Shown here: positions 13,052-25,000 of the stretch, piece after piece
Layout: every line of letters begins with the position of its first letter
Position numbering within the stretch: position 1 is the stretch's first letter
Assembly: GCA_051294375.1 (NCBI GenBank)
Contig: CM119270.1
Span: forward strand, 12,151,676 to 12,215,675
Reading direction: 5' to 3'
DNA: 64,000 nt
From: Paraspadella gotoi
Lineage: Eukaryota > Animalia > Chaetognatha
Made by a program: the position numbers and the translations under genes
Notes under the pieces: model-generated
What the model was told of the DNA's origin: nothing
What the model saw: the letters and a program-made list of their open reading frames with translations, nothing else
Databases searched by the model: none

Positions 13052-16000
13052 GTTATTATCATTACTATTATTTATTTATTTATTTTCTAAATTCCATCTC
13101 CTCTCGCTCATGTACCTCCTCGAACTTCAAAGCAACTGAAATCTCTATCACCNNNNNNNNNNNNNNNNNNNNNNNNNNNNNNNNNNNNNNNNNNNNNNNN
13201 NNNNNNNNNNNNNNNNNNNNNNNNNNNNNNNNNNNNNNNNNNNNNNNNNNNNNNNNNNNNNNNNNNNNNNNNNNNNNNNNNNNNNNNNNNNNNNNNNNNN
13301 NNNNNNNNNNNNNNNNNNNNNNNNNNNNNNNNNNNNNNNNNNNNNNNNNNNNNNNNNNNNNNNNNNNNNNNNNNNNNNNNNNNNNNNNNNNNNNNNNNNN
13401 NNNNNNNNNNNNNNNNNNNNNNNNNNNNNNNNNNNNNNNNNNNNNNNNNNNNNNNNNNNNNNNNNNNNNNNNNNNNNNNNNNNNNNNNNNNNNNNNNNNN
13501 NNNNNNNNNNNNNNNNNNNNNNNNNNNNNNNNNNNNNNNNNNNNNNNNNNNNNNNNNNNNNNNNNNNNNNNNNNNNNNNNNNNNNNNNNNNNNNNNNNNN
13601 NNNNNNNNNNNNNNNNNNNNNNNNNNNNNNNNNNNNNNNNNNNNNNNNNNNNNNNNNNNNNNNNNNNNNNNNNNNNNNNNNNNNNNNNNNNNNNNNNNNN
13701 NNNNNNNNNNNNNNNNNNNNNNNNNNNNNNNNNNNNNNNNNNNNNNNNNNNNNNNNNNNNNNNNNNNNNNNNNNNNNNNNNNNNNNNNNNNNNNNNNNNN
13801 NNNNNNNNNNNNNNNNNNNNNNNNNNNNNNNNNNNNNNNNNNNNNNNNNNNNNNNNNNNNNNNNNNNNNNNNNNNNNNNNNCATTGGTATACTTAATACT
13901 TTTCCAATTTGCAGTGTCCGCTATGATCCATAATTGTTGAATTTTATTTTTTATTTTTAGTGCCATCAGTGCAATTAGTCTTGCTCAATACTCATTTATT
14001 GTTTGAATGTCATATTGTTTCAAATCGTTTTATCTTTTCATCGTCTTAACTGTCAAATTGTCTCTTTTATTTAAGAAAAAAAAAATTTCCTTTGCCACTC
14101 TGCCCTTACCAAATTCTCCATCGCGGTCGCCCACTTCGGGTCCGCGTCGTAGTAAATCCTTTTGTCTTTCAAGAACATGGTGACTCTGTTGCCGGGCATT
14201 TCGTTGCAACCTTCAGTCAGATAGAAGAAGAGAGCGATGGCGCCGAAGATGAGGAAGTTGGTGGCGGGACCGAGCAACTTCCAAACGGACAAAAGGCAAT
14301 CGGCGAAACGTCTCTTTTCTCTTTCCTTTACGTTGACCTTTTTTTTTTTGATACAGGACTTTTGATGCAAGTTAGGAATATTAAGTTCTAAAAATAGTAT
14401 TGAATAGATAGGATAGACATATTTATTACTTAAGTAAATACAAATTCTCGGGGTTAAAGATTAGACGGAGAATGAGAGTGGGGCTGCGGTTACGGCAGCG
14501 TCGGCCAAGGCGCTGCCCCTATTCGCGTGCCATCCCGGTGCTTCGTTCTGAATGGCAGGTCCGCTCTTCTTTCGCCTATTGGCGGAGAAGACTGGTGCTC
14601 GGAGCTTGCCTCGGCTCCGACCGCTTCTGCGAATGCGAGAAGGCTCGTCACGCCGCGCCGAAAGCGAGTGCCGTGGTCAAAAAGTAAATTACCACATCCT
14701 GCTCGTCCACGATACTTGCTTTCAGTACCTCTCTCTCCTTCTAAACGCTCTTAATTCCAATATTTTATTTTCTTCCGTAATCTTTATATAATTGATCCCG
14801 AGAATCCCAGTATTTCCGGGTAGTTGGGTTTTCATATTCTGGTTGTTCTATACAGATATTATTAAATTTTATACATCCAGTCGGCTTGCATTTTGAGTAT
14901 TAAAAAATCATCTTGATAAAAAAGATGGATCTTAGGGTACGTGGATGCTCGGTTTTTTTGGACGAGGAGACGTATGATGAAAAAAAAAACTAATAATGCT
15001 TTCATTTGACGGAATATAATCCTAATGTCTATCATAGATTATCTTCACGAGATTATTATCCACATGCATTAAAACTGCGATAAATATAGTTGAATCGGTT
15101 TATTTTTAGATGTACTGGAGAATATGATAATCGCGCCTTATCGAGTACTATCTAATAATAGAGAGGATAAGAAGCCGGACTGGCCGAAGGAGAACTTCGA
15201 GAACCGCGAAGACGAAAAATACGTCGTGCTCCGTTGTCGTTCCGTCGTTAAGTCTTCGCCGCACTGGCAACAGGGCCCGATTGTTTCGGTGTTTTTTTCC
15301 CGGTAAGAGTCCGATTTGAGAACTGCTTTGTCCTAGCCGCGAGTCTACGCGATTGTTGCGACGCCAGTTAGTTTTACGATCGGGAGAAGAGCTAAGTGAA
15401 GTACCGACCCGAAGAGAGGAGAAAAAGTAGAAGCGAAAGAAAATAGGGAGAAGGAAAAAGAAAAAGAAAAAAAAAAAGGATGCGACGCGAGACCGGAAGA
15501 AACGAGGCAGAGACCGAGGAGAGGGAAAAAAAAGGGGGGAAGGGGAGAGAAGGAGGAGGAAGAAGGAAAAAGGTAAGTGGATTAAGGAAAGGAGGGAGAG
15601 AAGGGAGAGGAAGAGAGGAAAAGGAGGAGTGGATTAGAGAAGCGAGTGAGAGAAGGGGAGAGGAAAGAGAGGAAAGAAGAAGTGATTAAGAAGGGGGAGA
15701 AGAAGGGAAGGAAGAGAAGAAACAGGAAAGGATTGGATTAAGGAAAGGAGGGAGAGAAGGGAGAGGAAGAGAGGAAAAAGGAGAGTTTACTCACAAATGA
15801 AGTCAGAAGCCCACCGTTCGGGATATAATCGTAGGGAAAAAGTTTTTCTTTTTTCTTTTTCTTTTTTTCTTCCAATACCTTTCTCTTTCTTTTTCGACGT
15901 ACGGATGAACTAAGACATTTCTTATTTCTTTTTATCTTTTTTTCTTTCTTCTTTCTTCTCTTTATTTCTTTCTTTCTTTCTTGCTTCTTTCTTTTCTTTC

Positions 16001-16266
16001 TTTCTTTCTTTCTCTATTGTTTTTTTTAAATGTCTCTCTTCTTTGTCTTCTTTCCTTCTTTCATTATCTTAAACAACAAATCTCGCTCTTTTCAGGGTCT
16101 TCCCCAGAAAGGTAAGAAAATCATCTTACATTCTACTATATGATATAATTCTATATCTAGCTGATATTCAGACTCATTCTCTCTTTTGCATTTTAAATTT
16201 TTCAAGACTTTTTTTTTTAGAGCAACGAACTTCGCCTTATTTTTTCGAGGCGAGAGACCCCATGTA

Positions 16267-16314
<48 letters not shown>

Positions 16315-16803
16315 TCTCTTCGTCTTCCTCTCTCCTCTCTTCTCTCATCTCTCTCTCTCTTCTCTCATCACTCTTCCAAACCCTTTGCTAATCTTTTTTT
16401 TCGTGACATTAATTCCTCCCTTCCCGAAAAGCGAGCGCTCTTCCTCATTTCCTTCCGCCTTCTTCTGCTTCTGTCGCTTTTTTTCATCTCTTTCTCTCCT
16501 CTTCTTCTTCCTGCCTCCTCCTCTCTTCTCGCCCCTCCTCCTCCTCCCTCCTTCCATACATTTCTTTTTATGCGCCTTCACTTCTCATCCACTTTCCTTT
16601 CCTTTCATCGTTCTCGTCGCCTCCCCCCCTTCCTCCCCCCACTTTCTCGGCATCCAATTCCACTCTCTTTTTTTATTTGCTCGTCGCCGACTCCACCACC
16701 GCGAGGCGGTCACACCATCTCCGCACTCTTTCTAACATTCTCCTCTCCCTCTCTGCTCAGTCTCTCTCTTTCTCTTTCTCTCTCTCTCTCTCTCTTCTCT
16801 CTT

Positions 16804-16843
<40 letters not shown>

Positions 16844-17783
16844 CTCTCCTTCCTCTCGTCTCCTTCCCCTCTCCTCTCTCCACCTCCTCGGTGAGCGAGC
16901 GAGTGGAGTAGGACCGATTGATGATGGTGTCAGCGCGGGATGACTCCGGTCTTGCAGTTTTCTTGCACCATCCGTCGGGTTCCCGTCTTCAACGCTCTTC
17001 GGCTTTTGCCAGAAGCGGATGAAGGCAACAGTTTTCTTACTTCGATGGCAGCGATGGTTTTTTCCTGAAGGGTTTACGTTTTTTTGTGGGGCCTTTTGGA
17101 AAAGGAAGTTTTTACTTCAAAGATGGTTTTGGAATCCCTGAATTTAAGCCAAAAAAATCGGACTTGTCAGTTGAAGTTACAGCATGTGAAAATACGCTGA
17201 CGAGGCGTACGTAGTCACTTATTTTGGAAAAGTATTTTAATATTTTCAGCAACTATTTTTTTTAACAACTAGAACTAAAATACACACACTTATTAGTTAT
17301 ATTATATTAGCATATTAGAGAAAATTTTCCTCTTAGTTTATTAATCGCAGAAAATAAATTTTAAAAAGAGTAATTTATTTATAAACTTTAAATATAGAAC
17401 TTTTACTCCTCGAGGATATCTTAAAAACAGCAAACCTGATGTTTATAATTTCGGTATTTTTCTTTTCACCCTCTCACACTCCCTCTCTCTCTTTCTTCTT
17501 TCTTTCTCTGCATATTTTCCCTTCATCAATGAAAAAAAAATCACAAATTTTGCCGAAAATGGTCGCTGATCGTTTTTTGGCCCCGCCTCTTTCCATCAAG
17601 ATCGAATTAGGCTTTGTTTTTTCGCAAATTTCTTCGTCTTTTTCCTTTTTTTTTTTTCTTTTTCTTTTCTTCTATTTTTTTCTTGCTTTTTTCGGCTTCT
17701 TTTTTAAATCTGAAAATGATGGAAAGACGAAGCGCGGACATGCTTTTTGAAAAGAAAGAAAGAAAGAGAAGAGAGAGAGAGAG

Positions 17784-17840
<57 letters not shown>

Positions 17841-18945
17841 CGAGAGAGAGAAGAGAGAGAGAGAAGTTAGAATCGACCAAAATGTTTTAATTGCTGGCTG
17901 GGGAGTTGGAAAGAAAGCTGGGCGAAGAGGAAAGAAAAGAGAAGGAAAGAAGAGGGGTAAGAGGTGAGAAGAAGAGAGGAAAGAAGAGAGGTGAGACGAT
18001 GAATAAAGAAGAGGAGGAAATAAGAGAGGTGAGATGGTTGAAGGAAGAAAAGAGAGGAGTACTTTTGAGGAATATAAATGACAAAAATAGATTAATTATT
18101 TTAATAAAGTAAATTCCAATCACTTTTATTCTTTATTTTTGTATTTGTTTCAAAGAAAATAACAGCATGGATGAGAAGGTAAGAATAATTTTTTTAGTCA
18201 AAGCCTCCACGCCTGATAAGACCATACATATATTGGTGTTAGCAGCCATCATTACAGGCATGTCTAAATTCTACGCGTAAAAAATGTTGGAAGAAACGGC
18301 ATGTAAAATATTTTTCAATGAAAGAGGACTAAACGAAAGAGAATAAAGTTAAAGATAAAAAGAAAGAAAAGGATCTCAGAAGAAGACTGAGATGAGGAGG
18401 AAGAGGAAGAGGAGAGGAAAAGAGGAGGAACCAAACTATTCTAATTGCATGACTTTAAAGAATCCCCTGCCTCATTTCTGGCGCAAAAGTTCATTCATGG
18501 AGCAAATGGCGGAAAATGATGGCGACGTGGCGAAGGCACGACGACAACTGAGACGACGAGGACGGCGACTACGAAGACGGCGACGACGACGAAAAAAAAA
18601 GGCACGGGAAAAAAAAGAAGAAGAAGCTGGATGAAACACATCAAAGGATCTAAAGAATGAGTAGGAGGGAAAAGATGGATGGGATTAAGAAAAGAGATGG
18701 GGGAAAAGGGGCTAGAGAGAGAGAGAAGAGAGAGAGAGAGAATATATGATTTAAATATCTCACCAGTTATATCTTAAACAGAACTACAGTTTACTCCAAG
18801 AACATCCCCATATAATACAACCAATCACACACCGGCCTCCCTGTACCTCCCAACTTTTCTTGTACTACCAAAATTTTGAACGATAAATTTGCGTAAGATC
18901 TGGAGATTTTTGAGAGAAGCAGAGAGAGAGAGAGAGAGAGAGAGC

Positions 18946-19004
<59 letters not shown>

Positions 19005-22000
19005 AGAGAGACGAGAGAGATAATTTCATGCAAAGAGTCAGAGACGCTGAAGAGACAGAGAGGACGGCCGAAGGTCAGAAAGGAAAATCGAGAGACGACT
19101 TCGTTGGCCATTTCCGTGACACGAGCTGTGAAGTTTTTGATCATTTTGGTCATGTCTCAGTTCTCTCTCTTTCTTTTTCTCTCTCTCTTCCTCCCTTTCT
19201 CTTTCGTTTTCCCCATTTTTTTTCAAAGACCATAGTAAATTTAGACCAAATCATTCGTAAAACATGCCGTGGTGGAAAGATAGATTATACTTGCTTTGGA
19301 GCTTTTTTTCTGCTTCTTCGCTTCTTGTGCAGTGACTGTCACGTGGCCAAGGGAGAGATTTTTATACGTTAAACAACACAACCCTTCACAAGGAACAAAT
19401 AATATAAATTCAGAGCGCGATTCTTCCAACTCTTTTTTCGCAGTCTCCTCGATGCTCTGGAGTACGCGGACGCTAAATTCTCAGATTCTCCGCCGCAAGA
19501 AATTGATTCTGGAAGCGACGGAGATCTCTGCTCGCAGTCTCTTTGCCGAGATCCGGTCCGGTGGATCCGGCGCCGGCGAACCCCGCCCAGTTCAAGTTCT
19601 TCCACGGTTTCACCGACGACGTAGTAGAGGAGAAGACGAGCTCGTGATGACGGTGGTCCGATGCGAAACAGTTTCCAAGTTACGTGTAGAGACTCGGATA
19701 AATGTTGAGCTCAGTTCGACCTTGGGCAATATGGATCATTATGACAGTATGCGTTCGAAGCAAAATAAACATTTTGGTTTGAACCTGGTAACGCGTGAAG
19801 TTGAATTGATTTCATGTCTGTACTTTTCAGCGATAAATAGAAATTTCCATTCGTATCGCTCTTCGTACTGTCAAAAAATTGAGAATATTTTAAAGTATTA
19901 TTATTATTATTATTATATTATTATTATATTATTATTATTATTTATTTATTATTATGATTATATTATTATATTATTACCGTATTATTGATTACTATATTTA
20001 TTCATTTATTTTCTTAAATTCCATCCTCTCTCGCTATTGTACTCCACAAACTTGCGAAGCACTGAAATCTCTATCACCAAAGGCATCTAACCTTTTCCTT
20101 TCCTTTGGTAATTCCAATAATTTTTTTAATCTGGTACTTAATGCCTTTCCTGTTTATGATCAGTCTAAAAAAAAAAAATTGACAATTTCTGTCTATGCTT
20201 AAAAAACCAGGCAATGGCCTAGTATAAAATGTTAGGTACCATATGATAAGTATTTACTCGTCGATCTTTCATTTGCCAAGTTATCGTCTATGACTAAAAA
20301 AATTGCCAATGCCTAGAGTAAATTTTAGGAACCATAAATGATAATATTTACTCCTCAAATTTTCATTGGTATATTCATACTTTTCCATTTGCAGTGTCCG
20401 CGTATGATCCTTAATTGTTGAATTTTGTTTTTTATTTAGTGCATCAGTGCAATTACGTCTTGCTTCAATACTCATTTATTGTTTTGAATGTCATATTGTT
20501 TCAAATCGTTTTATCTTTTCATCGTCTTCCTGTCAAATTGTCTCTTTATTTCAGAAATAAAAATTTTCCTTGCCACTCTGCCCTTACCAATTCTCCATCG
20601 CCGGTCGCCCCTACGGGTCCGCGTCGTAGTAAAGTCCTTTTGTCTTCAAGAACATGGTGATCGTTTGCCGGCATTTCGCTTGCAGACCTTCAGCTCAGAT
20701 AGCAGAAGAGAGCGCATGGCGCCGAAGATGAGGAAGTTGGTGGCGGACCGAGCAACTTCCAAACGGACAAAAGGCAATCGGCGAAACGTCTCTCTCTCCT
20801 ATCCTTTACTTGACCTTTTTTTTTTTTATACAGGACTTTGTAAGGCAGTTAGAATTAAGTTCCAAAATAGTATTGAATAGATAAGGATAGACATATTTAT
20901 TACTTAATAAAATACAAATTCTCGGGTTAAAGAATTAGACCGAGAATGAGAGAAGAAGCGAGAGAGAGAGAGAGAGAGAGATGAGAGAAGAGAGAGGAGA
21001 GAAGAGAGAGAGAGAGAAGAGGGAGTGAGAGAGAGAACTGTCCTGATGACAGTTAAAAGTAAGAAGGCGAGGGGTTCTACTTTTTCCTTTTTCCCTTCGA
21101 CCCCCATTATTTAATTCCATCCCCCTTCTCCTTCCCTACCCCTTTTCAACCCTTGCACCTCGACGGTAATGAGCGCACGATATACGAAAGACGACGANNN
21201 NNNNNNNNNNNNNNNNNNNNNNGACGACGAAGGCGACTCCGATGCAGACGTGAAGAGCTCTTGTTTCGAAAGCGGCGGCCAACCCGACGGCCAAGTAGGA
21301 GGATAAGTAAACAGCGCTGATGATGCTGAACAAGTTGTAGACCAAGAAACCCGCGTAGGTGACCCCCTTCGTCCCGAGTCTCCGAAAGCTTTCCAGATGG
21401 CGCAACTTGCTGAAGGTGTTGCGCTGAACGATCCCCAGCGCCATGTTGACGAACGTGGTGGCGAGTTGAATGACGGGCATGATGACGGTTACCTTGTGTC
21501 TCTCCACCGATTGGCTGCAATCGGCGATGAAGCAACGGAATCCCGGTGGCGCCAATTGGCGGTGGATGTTGCGCAGGCAGTTGCGACCGCCGACCGCCTC
21601 CCAGGGGGCCTGGCAGAGGCGGGGACTAAGAGCCAAGCCGCCGTCCTCGTCGGCCTCGTAGAAGAGGGCGGTGGATGGGAAGGGCTGCCCGGTCAGGGTG
21701 GAGATGTCGGGCAGGAAGAGAGTCTTTTGCCCGATGCTGATGGAGAGGATGCTCATGTTGAGTAGGGATTGGCCAACGCCTATAATCAGAAAGGAAAGGA
21801 ATTATGTTAGATTTATTAAACACTATTGATGCATTATTGAAAATATTATTAAAAACTCATCAAATGTTTACTATTGTGCATACGTTATGGATATGTACTT
21901 ACTAATTTACTCTCAAAAAGTTAACAAGTGTTAAAAATAAATTCTAATTAAACTAAATTATAGTTTATACAGCTTAAACTAACTTGCCTCTCACCTTCGA

Positions 22001-25000
22001 AAAGGATTTCGAAAAGGACGAATCGGTCCAAGATTCTTTTCTTCTTCGTGAATTTGATTCTGTCGAGGGCGACTCGATTCACGGATTTTCTCATCTCTTC
22101 TTCGGACATATCACACGTCTGTCATTTTGGTAAGGGTGGATATTTTCTGGGGCTCAATTACCTCTTTCTTTTTATTGAACTCAACATTGCTCACAGTTTT
22201 TCGGCCTCAAATTGGCTTTTGTTTTTTTAGGGCTAAATTCGCCTAATTTTACGGGGAAGCTTGGCCTTTTTTTTNNNNNNNNNNNNNNNNNNNNNNNNNN
22301 NNNNNNNNNNNNNNNNNNNNNNNNNNNNNNNNNNNNNNNNNNNNNNNNNNNNNNNNNNNNNNNNNNNNNNNNNNNNNNNNNNNNNNNNNNNNNNNNNNNN
22401 NNNNNNNNNNNNNNNNNNNNNNNNNNNNNNNNNNNNNNNNNNNNNNNNNNNNNNNNNNNNNNNNNNNNNNNNNNNNNNNNNNNNNNNNNNNTTTTGTCTA
22501 AGATTTCCAAAAAACTTCAATTGAAAACAAACCATATAATCGAAAATTGTTAACTTAAATCCTACAAGTCAAATCCAGAGCATCTTCCTCGAGTCCTTTT
22601 CTACGATCACACGTTCTTAACATTTTTAATCCTCTCGCCCGCTCCCGAGAAAATAAACACCCCTTGTGCTTCCACAGGGCAAACTCGTCCAATAGGTTGT
22701 CCACGATCAAGATGATGGGACCCAAATTGAAGAAGAACATCATGAGATAAGCGAACTTGAGTTTGGAACTGCCGAAGATGCGCGGGTAGAGGCGCTCCTC
22801 GTTGAGGAAGAGCTTGACGCCGAGGTAGAAGGCGACTGAGGCGGAGAGCAAAAGGAAGGCGAGAGTGAGCAAGCACCACAGCAATTCCCCGTGGTAGAGA
22901 TAGAGGGCGGCGCTGCTGATGTCGGAGAGGACGTCGCAAGTGTAGGTGGTCAGAGTCACGGCAGAGTAGAAGTAGATGAGTAAGAGTTCCACTCGGTTCT
23001 TCACTGCGGTCAAACTGTTCTTTCTCTGGGACAACCTTGAAGGAGGGAGAAAAGTGAGACGGATGAATAGAACTCATTTGATTTTTTTTTTTTATTGAAA
23101 TGTGTATTACGCATGGATGGAGGAACGATAGAATGAATTAAGTAATTAATGAATTTTCAAATAAATATTCAGTAAATCCATCACACTCATAAATCAATTA
23201 ATTAATCGAACAGAAGCGCGTAAGGAAGGTTAAAAAATGTAAATATAAATTTTTATAAGTAATAATAATTAGGCATTATTGTAATTATTTAATTGAAATT
23301 TTTGCAATGAACGATTTTAAATATTATAAAACTCTTGCTCACTCTTACTCCAAAACTTTGGTTGTGGCGGTATATTACACCGCCTCACCTCATTTTGGCT
23401 CAGAGGGGGAACGCACCATCCCAAGCTTTAAGTTCCATTCCACAGTCCTGACGAATTCCTTCTGACAGAGGATCTGTGTTGGCAAAAGCGAGACCGTCCT
23501 TGGGTAACCGCGCCAGTGACATGAGCGGTCACGCCTAAATCTAACAGTGAGATGCCCGATCCCAATGAGCATCACAGGCCACCCAGATGTTGCCATATGA
23601 TCGTCATTTTATATCATTAACTAACATATTCTTCAGCCTTAACTGTCTTCCGTCGCTCCAGTCGCTCGTCAACCGACCCACGCAAACGTAATGCATCTTC
23701 CTCCTCTTCCTCCTCTCATAGAGAACCAAGAGCGGAAAGACGACGACGTAGAAAATTAAACAAAAGGCGATCGTCAACAATTGAACGTCGATTTTGGTGC
23801 AGACCAAGAAATTGGCGTGGACGAGGGCGCCGGCGGCGTTGACGCAGGAGAACGCCTTCACCCTGGCGTACTGCGCCTCGAACTCGATCCTGTCGCCGCT
23901 CCGCCGGATTCCGTCGATAAAGTAGGCGGTGCCGACGCCGGTTTCGTTACGGCGCCGACAGGGATTTTCGACGCTTTCGCCGGCGTAGACTCGTTGCACC
24001 TGATGGCAGACGGAGGGCGCTTCGATCTCGTTGACTGACGTCCAGATGGCGGGACGAGTTGAGTCGCGTCGGACGCAGCGGTAGCGGTCCTCGCCGTTCA
24101 AGTGAAAACCCTCGCGGCACGAGACGACGCAGGTCGAACCGGTCGGGCTCGTCGGGCAGCCGATGCCGTCCCTCAAAAAGAGACGCGGGCAATCCTGGCA
24201 GACGAGGCGCGGTGGCGAAGAGTCACTGGCGCGACGCCATTGACCGACGATGCCAGCGTGCTCCTTGACGCAACGCAAGGACACGTTGGCGTTGATGGCG
24301 TGGGAATCGAAACAAGATGGCGCACATGTGGAGTCGATGGAGGCGTGGGGACAGCCGACGCCGTTGGGGAGATGGAAGGGAGGACAATCCCAGCAGTGAG
24401 TTAAGGGTTGGGGATTAGGGAAGGTCAGAGTGGAGTTGATTGTCAGGTCGATTAGTTCAATATCGTCGTAGTTAACGTGGATATCGTCGTCGACATCAAA
24501 AGTAAAATCATTACGAGTTCTTCCTCCGCTTCTGCCGCTGTTGTTGTTGTTGACATTGTTGTTGTCGTCTTTTGGAATCCACCAGCCTAATTCTTCCTTT
24601 AAGGGTTTGACGCAGACGTAAGCTTTGACTCCGTCCATCACGAAGCCATCTCGACAAGCCACTCGACACTTCGAGCCTTCGTCGGAGAAGCCACACCCGA
24701 TTCCGTCGACAAAATCGAGGGTGGGGCAATCGAAGCAGCGCGGCGTCTCGCCGTCTTCGTCGCGCCATCTTCCGTGCGCAAAAGCAATAGCCACGCCCAC
24801 AGACGCCAACCTGTCGTCCCTCGCGCATCTCAGTTTTCCTTTTCTGTCGATCACGTGACTGGCGTCGCATCGCGGCGCGCAAGTCTCATCGACTCTTCCG
24901 AAACCGCAGCCTTTGCCGTGGCGGAGTACGAAAGGCGGACAATCCAGACACCTAAAAAACCGATCAACCTATATATCGCAGTTTTAAATGCTGATACGTA

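Noticed and set aside
9210-13966. Long ORFs composed of X
   Set aside because: Artefacts of N gaps.
19409-20840. A second, pseudogenised XK paralog
   Set aside because: Random 1-nt indels across both exons and introns fit read error better than biological decay.
23441-23495. CTGACGA resembling a hammerhead ribozyme core
   Set aside because: No correctly placed GAAA after stem II, and the motif is CTAACGA in the second copy.
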